Assembly (NCBI GenBank): GCA_039794845.1
Contig: JAUQVK010000025.1
Coordinates: 1-64,000 of the forward strand
DNA from: Thermostichus sp. DRC_bins_24
GTDB taxonomy: Bacteria; Cyanobacteriota; Cyanobacteriia; Thermostichales; Thermostichaceae
Reading direction: 5' to 3'
DNA: 64,000 bases
Part shown: one piece after another, positions 1 through 9,542 of the stretch
Layout: each line of letters starts with the position of its first letter
Numbering within the stretch: position 1 is the stretch's first letter
Program-made: the position numbers and the translations under genes
Notes under the pieces: generated by a model
Told to the model about the DNA's origin: nothing
Database searches by the model: none
What the model saw: only the letters and a program-made list of their open reading frames with translations

Positions 1-2
1 GC

Positions 3-143
3 CGGGGAACGGAAACCGCCTACCAAGTCGGTCTGTCGGGGGTTGCCGACCTGGATCGGTGGCGTGGGGCAGGAATGCTCAAGAGCAATCTTGGGAAGCC
101 CGCGCTCTACCCGCTAGGCATTGCGTCAAGAGGATGTCACTAA
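3..143 (+). mobile_element. tnpB: 3' tail of an IS200/IS605-family tnpB gene plus element right end (partial, runs off the window)
   Basis: The frame from nt 3 reads RGTETAYQVGLSGVADLDRWRGAGMLKSNLGKPALYPLGIASRGCH*, resembling cyanobacterial TnpB C-tails and the GQRGTENACGV tail of the remnant at 49 kb. It ends in GAGGATGTCAC (130-140), similar to the GAGGATGTCAA end at 48886-48896. Confidence 0.75.
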
Positions 144-264
144 ACTATCGGCGAAGATCCTGTCGGGAGTGTCGGGCACCAACATTCCCCTTACGGATCT
201 TTGCCAAGTCTTGAGAAGACTTGGGTTTTCAGAGCGCATCAAAGGCCGCCATCATATTTACAGC
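141..264 (+). pseudogene. hicA: HicA-family toxin fragment, lacking both N- and C-termini
   Basis: KLSAKILSGVSGTNIPLTDLCQVLRRLGFSERIKGRHHIYS matches the HicA pattern (LGF..RI.GSHH.F). The start is replaced by the IS end and no hicB follows. Confidence 0.65.
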
Positions 265-454
265 CCTTCACGCCCAGGGCATGCTGGTACATTCGCCCAT
301 GGCGGTCCATAGAGCACCGCCAGTCACGTGTAACACACGTGTAACAACTGTGAACCTGCCTTGATCCAGAGCAAGGTCACGGAGGTACTGGCCCCTTTAC
401 AACCAAGGATCCTGAATTAACCCAGGTTCCTCCCATCCAAAGCACCATCTGCCT

Positions 455-1297
455 CTACCCCAGCAACCCAGACCAACGCAAATACTCCTCCACCAACCGG
501 GGGCCTGCCAAAGCCGCCACCCCCCCACCCAAAGCCAAGTAGGGGCCAAAGGGGATCGGCTTTCCCAAACGGGCTTGCCCTAAGCCCATCGCCAAACCAC
601 TGCCCAACAAGCCAAACACACAGCCCAGAATCAGGGTCACCACCACTCCCGGCCAGCCCAACCACATGCCGATCAGGGCCATCAGCTTGCCGTCCCCTAG
701 GCCCATCGCCTCTCGTTTCAAAGCCCAACGGGCCAAGAGGCCGATCCCCTCCAGTAGCCAAATGCCCAGCACGGCCCCCGCGATCCCCTCTACCAATGAC
801 AAACCCGCAGCTGCCAAAGAGCCGGATCCCTGCAGCCAGGGCAAAGCCAACCGAGCCAAAAGGCCTACCACCAATCCCGGGCGGGTCAGCTCTTCGGGTA
901 ACAAAAATGTATCCAGATCGATCAGTGCCAGAGCCAGCAGCCAGCTAAACAGAATACAGGTGAGGATCCCTTGGGCAGTAAACCCCCAAACTCCGATGCT
1001 GAGAGCAAAAAGCCCCATCGTCAAAGCTTCCACGGCAGGGTAACGCCAGCTGATTTTCACCCCACAATGGCGACAGCGGCCTCGCAGGAGGAACCAGCCC
1101 AAAATCGGAATATTCTCCGTTGGCCCCAGGGGGGTTTTGCAACTCGGACAATGGGATCCGGGATGAACCAAAGAAAGACCATTGGGTAGGCGATAGACCA
1201 CCACATTCAAAAAGCTGCCCACACAGGCCCCCAATAGCAACAGCGCCACCCAACCCAGCAGGCGAAACTCCCAGGTGGTGAGGAGAAAGTTGAGCAT
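455..1297 (-). CDS. pilD: Prepilin peptidase / N-methyltransferase
   Basis: GSFLNVVVYRLP, CPSC...CRHC Zn motif, IDLD and MGLGDGKL aspartate motifs, IPFGPYL. Confidence 0.95.
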   Translation of the reverse strand: MLNFLLTTWEFRLLGWVALLLLGACVGSFLNVVVYRLPNGLSLVHPGSHCPSCKTPLGPTENIPILGWFLLRGRCRHCGVKISWRYPAVEALTMGLFALSIGVWGFTAQGILTCILFSWLLALALIDLDTFLLPEELTRPGLVVGLLARLALPWLQGSGSLAAAGLSLVEGIAGAVLGIWLLEGIGLLARWALKREAMGLGDGKLMALIGMWLGWPGVVVTLILGCVFGLLGSGLAMGLGQARLGKPIPFGPYLALGGGVAALAGPRLVEEYLRWSGLLG

Positions 1298-1383
1298 CAG
1301 CAGCTATATGACGTAAGAAAGGACAGGTGTGCCTTGCCATCCTATCGGGCTCAGGAGTCTATCAAGATCCTCAGGCAAGATTC

Positions 1384-1584
1384 TCAGGCCACCTGTTCCA
1401 AATGCTGAATGGGGATGAAAGTTTCTTGAGGGAGCAGGATAGGAAAATCTGAAAAGATCAGGTCTCCTCGCAATGTACGGCGATGGATAACCACTCCACG
1501 CGGGGATTGTTCCAGCACATCCGGTCGATACTGCAGATGAAACTGGTAGATTTGGCGAGCCGCTTGAACCAAAGCGCTGTCCAT
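1384..1584 (-). CDS. Small conserved cyanobacterial hypothetical protein (66 aa)
   Basis: ATG start; the AARQIY...P.GV.I...T.RG.LIF...PILLP.E.F.P pattern is recalled from cyanobacterial small proteins. Confidence 0.7.
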   Translation of the reverse strand: MDSALVQAARQIYQFHLQYRPDVLEQSPRGVVIHRRTLRGDLIFSDFPILLPQETFIPIQHLEQVA

Positions 1585-1873
1585 GAGCTGTTTCCCTACC
1601 TTGCGAAGCTCACTATTACCCTAACAACATTCCAAGGATCCCTTTGGAACCATAACGTTCTGTCCGCTGCCCTTAGACTTTTTTAGAAACGCTTAAGGTT
1701 CCTTAAAATCTATGGATCCTTGACGGCGACACACGGTTTTCGTGTCCATCGCCGAGACAGAAGTTTTCAAACCCGCCCACCTGTCGGCAAGGCTGAACCC
1801 TAGAATATCGCCAATATCGACTGATGGGCCAACTTAACCGATTCTTAAACCCGTTTTGGAGCAGGCAGTCAGG

Positions 1874-4606
1874 CTATTCGGGGGTTCCCGTGGCAACGAC
1901 GCCATCCACCTCCAAGGGTTGACTACCGGGGGGGTGGGGAACAAAGTCTGGGCCTATGCTGTAAGGGGAGCTGCGGTAGCTGGGTTTGGGGTTGAGCTTG
2001 TCTTGGAAGCGGCCGATGATCTGAATGGTGCGCTGCACATCGGCGGGGAAGATCACCACCAAGTCCCCTGTTTCGGCTTTTTCTAGGGCTGTCTCGATCG
2101 CTTTTGCCTCATCGAGAATGTCTTGTAGGCTGCCACCTGCTTTTTCCTGCTCCCAACCTTGCCGGATGAGGGCCGCCACCTCCCCTGGAGCCCGTCCGCG
2201 CCGGTCATCATCTTCTTTGACAATGGCCCGATCGAACATGCGGGCCGCCAACACCCCCAGCTCCCGCAGATCGCTGTTGCGCCGATCCCCCGGCCCACCG
2301 ATGACACCTATTTTTTGCTGGCAATCCCAGCGCTCTAGGGTGGTTTGAATTGCCTCGTAGCCCGCCGGGTTGTGGGCATAATCCACCAATACCTGGTAAC
2401 CGCCAACATCGAATAGGTTCAACCGACCGGGGGTTTGGGCCACGGAGCTGGTGAAGGTGCCCAAGGCCATGCGGATATCATCAATCGAGACCCCATGTAG
2501 GAAGGCTGCCAAGGTTGCGGCCAGAGCATTTTGGATCATGAAGCTGGCTTTGCCGGAGAGGGTGAGGGGAATGTTGGTAACGTCCTCAATCCGCAGTTTC
2601 CAGCCCCGTTTCAAAATCGAGATGTGCCCTTCTTCGTAAACGGCTGCTGTGCCCCCAGAGGAAACATGCTTCTGAATCAGGGAATTTTCTGGGTTCATGC
2701 TGAAGTAGGCCACCGTCGCCTTGACGTTTTCCGCCATGGCCGCCACTAAGCCATCGTCTGCGTTCAAGACGGCATAGCCCTGCTCGTGCACCGCCTCCAC
2801 CAGGACCGACTTGACACGGGCCATTTCCTCCAGGGTGTCGATATCCCCAATGCCCAGGTGATCTGAGGTTACATTTAACACCACGCCGATATCGCATTCC
2901 GGGAAACCCAATCCCTCGCGCAAAATGCCTCCTCGCGCCGTTTCCAACACCGCCACCTCCACGGTGGGATCCCGCAACACCAGGCGGGCACTGTAGGGGC
3001 CGGTCATATCCCCCTTGGCAATTTGATGGTTCTGGATGTAAACCCCATCGGTGGTGGTAAAGCCCACCCGTTTGCCGATGCCTTTGAGGATGTGGGCAAT
3101 CAGGCGGGTGGTGGTGGTTTTGCCGTTGGTGCCGGTCACCGCCAGGATCGGAATGCGGGTATGGCTGCCGGGGGGAAAGAGCATATTGATGATGGGCTCC
3201 GCCACATTGCGCGGGATCCCTTCGCTGGGGGCCAGGTGCATCCGCAGGCCCGGGGAGGCATTCACCTCGACAATGCCGCCGCCGGTTTCGTTAACAGGCT
3301 GGGTGATGTCGGGGCAGATCAGGTCGATCCCGGCCACATCTAGGCCGATAATTTGGGCGGCTCGCTCGGCGATAAATACGTTGTAGGGGTGGATGATATC
3401 GGTGCAATCCACAGCTATACCGCCGGTGCTCAGGTTGGCGGTGGATTTGAGGGTGCAATGTTCGCCACGGGGCAGCACAGTGTCGAGGGTGTAGCCTTTG
3501 CCCTCTAGCACGCGCCGGGTCATGTCATCGACGCTGATCAGGGTCAAGACATTTTCATGGCCAAACCCTCGCCGCGGATCTTTATTCACCTCATCGATCA
3601 GCTCTTGAATGGTGGAGCGGCCATCCCCTACCACATAGGCCGGGATCCGTTTGGCCACCGCCACCAATTTGTTGTTGATCACCAGCAGCCGGTAATCTTC
3701 TCCCACCAGGTGCTTTTCCACCAGCACCACATCCGAGTGCTGGCTGGCGGCATCGTAGGCGGTCTCGGCGGCCTCTAGGCTGGTGATGTTGACGGTGATG
3801 CCTTTGCCGTGGTTGGCATTCAGGGGCTTGATCACCACCGGGTAGCCCCCCACATCTTCGATGGTGGCCTCCAGCTCGCTGCGGCGACGCACCGTATAGC
3901 CCTTGGGCACGGGGATCCCCATATCCTGCAGCAGTTCTTTGGTGGCGCGTTTGTCTGAAGCCAGATCGGTGGCGATGATGCTGGTTTTTTCGGTGGTGGT
4001 GGCCTCAATGCGTTTTTGATGCACCCCATACCCCAGTTGCACCAGGGATCCTTTGCTGAGGCGCAGATGGGGGATCCCCCGCAGGGTGGCTTCGTCCAAC
4101 AAAGATTGGGTACTGGGGCCAAAGCGGACGTTTTCGCGAATTTCCCGCAACTCTTGAATGTCCAGCTCCAAATCGCGGCGATAGTCTTCTCCATCCACCA
4201 GGGCTTGACAGAGATACACCGCAGCCTTGGCGGCAAACCGGCCTGCTTCCGCCTCCTGGTACTCAAACACCACGTTGTAGGTGCCGGGGGTAGTGGTTTC
4301 ACGGGTACGGCCAAAATCCACGGTCATCCCCGCCATGGTCTGCAGTTCTAGGGCCACATGCTCAACCACGTGCCCCATCCAGGTGCCCTCCTCCACCCGC
4401 TGCAGAAAGCCCCCGTAGCAGCCCCGGGAGCAGTGGTGTTCCCACAACCCCGGCAACAACGCTTCCAATCTTTCCTTAAAACCGGGGATCTCGTTGGTGG
4501 GCCGCTCCTGCAGGTCTTCCAGGTCAAGCCGCATTTGAATCAGCTTTTGACGACGGATGCTCCAGTAGTTGGGGCCACTGAGAACGCGGATGGATTTGAT
4601 GCGCAT
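1874..4606 (-). CDS. cphA: Cyanophycin synthetase
   Basis: MRIKSIRVLSGPNYWSIRR N-terminus, ATP-grasp domain, Mur-ligase domain (GTNGKTTT, ETARGG, DYAHNP). Start taken at ATG 4606. Confidence 0.97.
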   Translation of the reverse strand: MRIKSIRVLSGPNYWSIRRQKLIQMRLDLEDLQERPTNEIPGFKERLEALLPGLWEHHCSRGCYGGFLQRVEEGTWMGHVVEHVALELQTMAGMTVDFGRTRETTTPGTYNVVFEYQEAEAGRFAAKAAVYLCQALVDGEDYRRDLELDIQELREIRENVRFGPSTQSLLDEATLRGIPHLRLSKGSLVQLGYGVHQKRIEATTTEKTSIIATDLASDKRATKELLQDMGIPVPKGYTVRRRSELEATIEDVGGYPVVIKPLNANHGKGITVNITSLEAAETAYDAASQHSDVVLVEKHLVGEDYRLLVINNKLVAVAKRIPAYVVGDGRSTIQELIDEVNKDPRRGFGHENVLTLISVDDMTRRVLEGKGYTLDTVLPRGEHCTLKSTANLSTGGIAVDCTDIIHPYNVFIAERAAQIIGLDVAGIDLICPDITQPVNETGGGIVEVNASPGLRMHLAPSEGIPRNVAEPIINMLFPPGSHTRIPILAVTGTNGKTTTTRLIAHILKGIGKRVGFTTTDGVYIQNHQIAKGDMTGPYSARLVLRDPTVEVAVLETARGGILREGLGFPECDIGVVLNVTSDHLGIGDIDTLEEMARVKSVLVEAVHEQGYAVLNADDGLVAAMAENVKATVAYFSMNPENSLIQKHVSSGGTAAVYEEGHISILKRGWKLRIEDVTNIPLTLSGKASFMIQNALAATLAAFLHGVSIDDIRMALGTFTSSVAQTPGRLNLFDVGGYQVLVDYAHNPAGYEAIQTTLERWDCQQKIGVIGGPGDRRNSDLRELGVLAARMFDRAIVKEDDDRRGRAPGEVAALIRQGWEQEKAGGSLQDILDEAKAIETALEKAETGDLVVIFPADVQRTIQIIGRFQDKLNPKPSYRSSPYSIGPDFVPHPPGSQPLEVDGVVATGTPE

Positions 4607-4714
4607 AAAGTCGGAGGAAACAGGGTGGGAAAGGCTGAGGATGAACCGAGGATGGGATCCCTTCAGCACACACTCTGCCCTAATCTACACTCCCTTTGAG
4701 CAAGCCAAGAAAGA

Positions 4715-4728
4715 GTATTGTTCAATAC
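4715..4728. promoter_or_regulatory. Putative NtcA box in the cphA/comEC divergent region
   Basis: GTATTGTTCAATAC = GTA-N8-TAC with a perfect 6-bp inverted repeat, about 110 bp upstream of cphA. Confidence 0.55.
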
Positions 4729-4900
4729 GGTTTCTCCCTACGGCTGCGGGCTGTTTCAAGGGGGTTGGTGGCGGGGCAGATCCAGATCCCAAGAATTGAA
4801 CCCAGACCGGAACGGGCCTCGGGCCCTCAAGGTTAAGACAGCTGGATGGATCCCTCTTGACTGCGACGATACAGTGGGGGGCAAATGTGCCGTCAGGGAC

Positions 4901-7153
4901 ATGGAAAGTACCTACCTGCTGGGGTTGGGCTGGATTTTGGGCTTGTTGATGCGGGCTTGGCCCCAGGCTGCGGGCTGGGGCTGGGGAGTGCCCTTGGCGG
5001 TGGGCTTGCTGGGATCCCTGCTCTGGCGGCGACGACCGCGCTTGGCGCGCACCTGGCTGGTGATGGGGGTGGTGGGCTGGGTGGCTTGGGGTTACCTGGG
5101 CTGGCGACAACCTTTTCCCGGCCCGACGGACATCAGTCTGTTGGCCCCGCAGCAGGGGATCAGTGTTGTTGGCCAAGTCACTTCAGAGCCGCGCCTCACC
5201 CGCAGCGAACGGCTGCAATTTTGGCTGCAAGCCGAACAGGTGTTGAACGCGGATCAAACGGCGCGCCTGGTATCGGGCAAGCTCTATATCACCACCGATC
5301 CCAATGCCCTAGCAGGGCAAGATCTGCACCCCAACCAACGGGTACGCCTGACGGGATCCCTGTATTTGCCCAGTCCGGCCTTAAATCCTGGGGCTTTTGA
5401 TTTTCAAGCCTATTTGCAGCGTCAGGGATCCTTTGCGGGGTTGAGCGCTCAGGAAATGGCCCTCCAGAATGGCGGAGGGGGCTGGGGCGGGTGGGCCTTG
5501 CGGCGTCGGGTGCGCGGTGCTTTCGTGAAGGGGCTGGGGGAGCGACAGGGGAATTTGTTGGCTTCGCTGGTGTTGGGATCCCGTGCGGCTCAGTTGGACC
5601 ATGACCTGCAGGATGCCTTTCGAGAAATTGGCATGGCCCATGCGCTGGCGGCTTCTGGATTCCATGTGTCGCTGTTGGTGGGGGTGGTCTTTGTCTTGAC
5701 GCGCAAACTGGCGGTGCGCGGACAGCAGCTGCTCATCGTGGCGGCGCTGGGCCTCTACATCACCTTGACGGGGTTTAGCCCTTCGGTGTTGCGGGCGGGC
5801 CTGATGGGGTTGGCGGCCATGGCGGTGCTGACGGAGCCCCGGCTACACGGGAAAGTCAAGCTCAACCCGCCGGGCACGTTGCTGTTGGCGGCAGTGGTGC
5901 TTTTGGTGTATCAGCCCACATGGATCACCGATCTGGGGTTTCAACTGAGTTTTGCTGCCACCTTGGGATTGCTGGTGGGTACGGCACCGATTGTCTCGAG
6001 GCTGAGTTTTTTGCCCCCGACGCTGGCGGCGGCTTTGGCGATTCCCCTGGCGGCGTTAATCTGGACGTTGCCACTACAAATTGTCGTGTTCGGGCGGATC
6101 CCCACCTACTCTCTATTGGCCAATCCACTCCTGATGGTGTTGCTGTTGCCGCTGTTGGTGGCGGGGTTTGGTGTTGCCTTTGTGGCTTTGCTCCTGCCCA
6201 GTTTGGGATCCCTGCTGGCGCAGCCCCTTAGCCTGTTGCTCACCCCCTTGATCAATTGGGTGGGGTGGATCGCCAGTTGGCCCTTCAGCTCTTATTACAC
6301 AGGGGCCATCTCTGGGATCCAATCGGTACTGCTCTATGGGGCGTTGGTGGCGGTCACCTTTTGGCCCCGGTGGCGACGCGCTTTGCGTTGGCAGGGTACA
6401 GCTTTGGTTATGGTCGGGATCCTGATTGGGCCGGGGTTGTGGCCGGGGCCGCCGGTACAGATGACGGCCTTGGCCAGTGGTCGTACGCCGGTTTTGGCCA
6501 TCCAAGCAGAAGGGCGCAACCTCTTGATCAACAGCGGGGATCCGCGCTTGGCGGAGTTAACGGTGCTGCCTTTTTTGCGGCAACGGGGTATCCGCAGCTT
6601 GCAGGGGGCCGTTTCTGCCACCTCCGTCGGATCCGCCAATGGGGGTTGGGTCAGCTTGTTGCCCGCCGTTTCGATTCACCAATTTTGGGATGGGGGGGGA
6701 GCCCATGTCGCGTCCGAGAGCTACCTGCGGGCTTTGAGTGCAGTGCAGTCGGCAGGGATCCCCTATCAAGTGTTGCGGCCCGGCGATCAGATCCCGTTGT
6801 CTGAGCGCTTGAGTCTGCAGGCGATCCACACCAACCCCCTGGTCTTGACCCTAAAGACGGAGGGCTCCCGTTGGTTGCTGTTGGGTTCTGCTGGGACGAA
6901 TGTGCAAGCGGAACTGACCGGATCCCCCTTGATGCCAACACAAGTCGACTGGCTGTGGTGGGATGGCGGATCCCTGGTGTTGGACTTGCTGGAACGCTTT
7001 CAGGTCCAAGCAGGGATTAGCTCTGGCCCCAGCCCAGACGCTGTGACTCGTTGGTTTCGGCAACGACAGAGACCTCTGTACGTGACCGATCAGGCTGGAG
7101 CGGTCAGCTGGTCACGACGTGGGGTTCAGACTCTGCGGGCTCAGCTGGAGTGA
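4901..7153 (+). CDS. comEC: ComEC/Rec2 competence protein
   Basis: NPGAFDF..YL, HALAASGFHVSLL, PSVLRA, GFQLSF motifs and many TM segments. The ORF is open from 4718; ATG 4901 is preferred. Confidence 0.92.
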   Translation: MESTYLLGLGWILGLLMRAWPQAAGWGWGVPLAVGLLGSLLWRRRPRLARTWLVMGVVGWVAWGYLGWRQPFPGPTDISLLAPQQGISVVGQVTSEPRLTRSERLQFWLQAEQVLNADQTARLVSGKLYITTDPNALAGQDLHPNQRVRLTGSLYLPSPALNPGAFDFQAYLQRQGSFAGLSAQEMALQNGGGGWGGWALRRRVRGAFVKGLGERQGNLLASLVLGSRAAQLDHDLQDAFREIGMAHALAASGFHVSLLVGVVFVLTRKLAVRGQQLLIVAALGLYITLTGFSPSVLRAGLMGLAAMAVLTEPRLHGKVKLNPPGTLLLAAVVLLVYQPTWITDLGFQLSFAATLGLLVGTAPIVSRLSFLPPTLAAALAIPLAALIWTLPLQIVVFGRIPTYSLLANPLLMVLLLPLLVAGFGVAFVALLLPSLGSLLAQPLSLLLTPLINWVGWIASWPFSSYYTGAISGIQSVLLYGALVAVTFWPRWRRALRWQGTALVMVGILIGPGLWPGPPVQMTALASGRTPVLAIQAEGRNLLINSGDPRLAELTVLPFLRQRGIRSLQGAVSATSVGSANGGWVSLLPAVSIHQFWDGGGAHVASESYLRALSAVQSAGIPYQVLRPGDQIPLSERLSLQAIHTNPLVLTLKTEGSRWLLLGSAGTNVQAELTGSPLMPTQVDWLWWDGGSLVLDLLERFQVQAGISSGPSPDAVTRWFRQRQRPLYVTDQAGAVSWSRRGVQTLRAQLE

Positions 7154-7187
7154 TGCGCCGCTCAAGCTCAACCCTCTTCCCTTGCAT

Positions 7188-7622
7188 CTATCCCGCTTCG
7201 GCTCGAGATTTGAGGGCCTGATTCATGGCTTCAAACCCCTGGCGAACATTGTCATCCAAACTCTTAGCCAGCAACGGCAAAAGCAATCCCGAAAAACGCT
7301 CACTGTGGGTTAGCCGCACCTGATTTTCTCCCAAGGCTTCCAGTTGAAAGCGATGTTCTCCATCAAACAATCCCGGCAAAATGAAGTGCCCCAGCCAGCA
7401 AAGCTCACGCTCCGGCTGAGCCGACAAAACCTTGGGTTTGAAGACCATACCCTGCCCCCCCGGCGGTTGAATGTGTACCTGCAACCGGGATCCCTCGATG
7501 GCCTGACCCCCAATTGAGCGGATAAGTGGGTTCCACTGCTCGTAGGCCGAAAAGTCCATCAAAATGTCCCACACCTTCCGGGCGGAGGCATGGATGTCAA
7601 TGCAAGTTGAGATCTCTTTCAT
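7188..7622 (-). CDS. SRPBCC (polyketide cyclase/START-like) protein
   Basis: VWDILMDFSAYEQWNP, W.G...PGLFDGEH.F, HSERFSG, GFEAMNQALK. Confidence 0.85.
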   Translation of the reverse strand: MKEISTCIDIHASARKVWDILMDFSAYEQWNPLIRSIGGQAIEGSRLQVHIQPPGGQGMVFKPKVLSAQPERELCWLGHFILPGLFDGEHRFQLEALGENQVRLTHSERFSGLLLPLLAKSLDDNVRQGFEAMNQALKSRAEAG

Positions 7623-7812
7623 GGTACCCGGTTGAACGCAAATGGCGCTGCGCATGCTGCGCATATTTAGTCTGGCAACTGCTTGCCTGCCAGAGACGGT
7701 GCTTCTCTACCTTTCCTGCTGGGTCAAACAGAACCCCTGTCATAGGCGTCATGAAGAATCTGTTGTGCCAAGAGGAGGGATCCGCTATAACCCAGTCAGG
7801 GATCCCTAACCC

Positions 7813-8427
7813 ATGGAACGGATGGATCAAAGTCGTTGTTCGAGGCGGATACACCTTCTCACTGGGCTGGGGCTGCTGATGGGATCCCTTGCCGCTTGTC
7901 GCACCATGCCCGCCCCGATTCCGCCAGAAATCACCCAGCCGGATCCGATTCGTCGGCACATCAGCAAAGATGGCACTCATTTTGAGGCATCCTTGGGCGA
8001 TATGCGTGCCCTTCCCTCGGAGTTTCCCAGCCAGTTGCAGTTACCCAACGCCTCCATTGTCTCTTCCGGCCAAATTCGAGATCGCAGCGGCGGCATCGCC
8101 TCCCTGATTTTGCAAACCTCCCAACCCCTCCCCGAAATCACCACCTACTATCGTCGTACCCTCTGGGGCCGAGGCTGGGAAATCCTCTCGGATGTTGAGC
8201 AACCCGACGGGATCCGCACCCTGGTGTTCGAGTCTCCTTACCGCCCGCACAAACTCCCCCAACAGGCTGTGATACAGGTGGGATCCCCGCGGCAAGGGCC
8301 GGATCAGTCTGAGCATCGCGATATTTTAATTTTGCTGAGCACTGTGCCTGAAGAAACCCCGAGAGCCCATGAGGATTTACCCCCAAGCAAACCCTCAACC
8401 AAGCTCTCCCCCTCCTCCATGCCCTAA
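7813..8427 (+). CDS. Hypothetical lipoprotein
   Basis: Hydrophobic signal with lipobox LAAC; first gene of a tightly packed + strand run. Confidence 0.7.
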   Translation: MERMDQSRCSRRIHLLTGLGLLMGSLAACRTMPAPIPPEITQPDPIRRHISKDGTHFEASLGDMRALPSEFPSQLQLPNASIVSSGQIRDRSGGIASLILQTSQPLPEITTYYRRTLWGRGWEILSDVEQPDGIRTLVFESPYRPHKLPQQAVIQVGSPRQGPDQSEHRDILILLSTVPEETPRAHEDLPPSKPSTKLSPSSMP

Positions 8428-8429
8428 CC

Positions 8430-8867
8430 ATGCCCCTTTACACCCAATCCATTCAGATTGCGGCGGCCATTCCCCAAGTGGATCGCTGCATTACCGATCT
8501 GGACTTGATGAAACGCTGGCTCAACCCGCTGTTGCACTGCGAGGCCGTCGGATCCCCGGAGGCCAAATTGGGCAGCCGCTACCGGTTTTCGATTCGGATC
8601 CCTTTTGGCGCGCCGGTCCTAGATTGTGTGATCACAGAGCGGGCAGAAGGCTTGGTGCAGTGGCAGTTTGAGGGATTTTTTCAGGGAACCGATCGCTGGG
8701 AATGTCGGGCGCAGGCAGAAGGCACTCTTTTGGTGAATCACTTTGACTTTCGCATCCCCAACCCGTGGGTGGCGGCGGGGTTTTACCTGTTGGCAGCGGG
8801 CCTGACCCAGCGGGATATGCGGGCCCAACTGCGAAGGCTGAAGGCGGTGGCGGAGTCTTTGGGTTAG
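8430..8867 (+). CDS. SRPBCC family protein (cyanobacterial)
   Basis: LMKRWLNP.L.C, W.F.GFF.G.DRWEC, DMRAQLRRLK. Confidence 0.8.
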   Translation: MPLYTQSIQIAAAIPQVDRCITDLDLMKRWLNPLLHCEAVGSPEAKLGSRYRFSIRIPFGAPVLDCVITERAEGLVQWQFEGFFQGTDRWECRAQAEGTLLVNHFDFRIPNPWVAAGFYLLAAGLTQRDMRAQLRRLKAVAESLG

Positions 8868-8904
8868 GCTGGAGCCGAGTAGTAAAGAAATGTGAAACGC
8901 TGCG

Positions 8905-9486
8905 ATGACCAGCAACACCGGACTGTTTAACCATCGTTTTGCCGACAACTTTATCCCCAAACCGGCCACCAACACCCTAGAAATTGGCCAACTCACCCCC
9001 GATTTTGAGCTGCCACGCGTGCAAGGGGATCCGATTCGCCTGTCGGAGTACCGCGGTCGGAAGCCTGTGGTATTGGCCTTTACCCGCATCTTTACCGAAA
9101 AGCTCTTTTGCCCCTTCTGCTACCCCCACATTCAAGACTTGAAAGCCCGCTATGGCGAAATCCAAGCCTTGGGGGCGGAACTGCTGATGATCACCAGCAC
9201 CGATCCACTACAGAGCGAACAAATCCAACGGGATCTGCAATTGCCCTACCCGCTTCTGGTGGATCCCGACTGTAGAACCTTTCGCCTTTATGGCGTTGGG
9301 CAGGCGCTGGGAGCACCGCTACCAGGGCAGTTCATTCTCGACCAAGAGGGTAAGCTGCGCTTCAAGCATGTTTTCTCGTTTGGGGATCCCAATGCCGATA
9401 CCGACGAGGTGCTGAGGGTCTTGCGGGAAGGGCTACAAACCGGCTGGGATGGAACCCGTAGGGCTGCCCCGATTCCCTTCTTTTAG
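8905..9486 (+). CDS. AhpC/TSA redoxin (peroxiredoxin-like) protein
   Basis: PDFELP...I.LSEYRG.KPVVLAF, CPFC motif, FILDQEGKLRF. Confidence 0.85.
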   Translation: MTSNTGLFNHRFADNFIPKPATNTLEIGQLTPDFELPRVQGDPIRLSEYRGRKPVVLAFTRIFTEKLFCPFCYPHIQDLKARYGEIQALGAELLMITSTDPLQSEQIQRDLQLPYPLLVDPDCRTFRLYGVGQALGAPLPGQFILDQEGKLRFKHVFSFGDPNADTDEVLRVLREGLQTGWDGTRRAAPIPFF

Positions 9487-9542
9487 GTCTTTTAGGTCTT
9501 CTGGGGGCTTATCCGTCCACTGCTGCATGGGGGAGAGAGACT

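Noticed and set aside
325..346. CACGTGTAACA x2 tandem repeat as a CRISPR or operator
   Set aside because: Only two 11-bp units with no spacers, in a decayed region; most likely a slippage duplication.
1833..1850. CTTAACC-N4-CTTAAAC Pho-box-like pair
   Set aside because: Only two units, pointing antisense into the cphA 3' end with no downstream gene.
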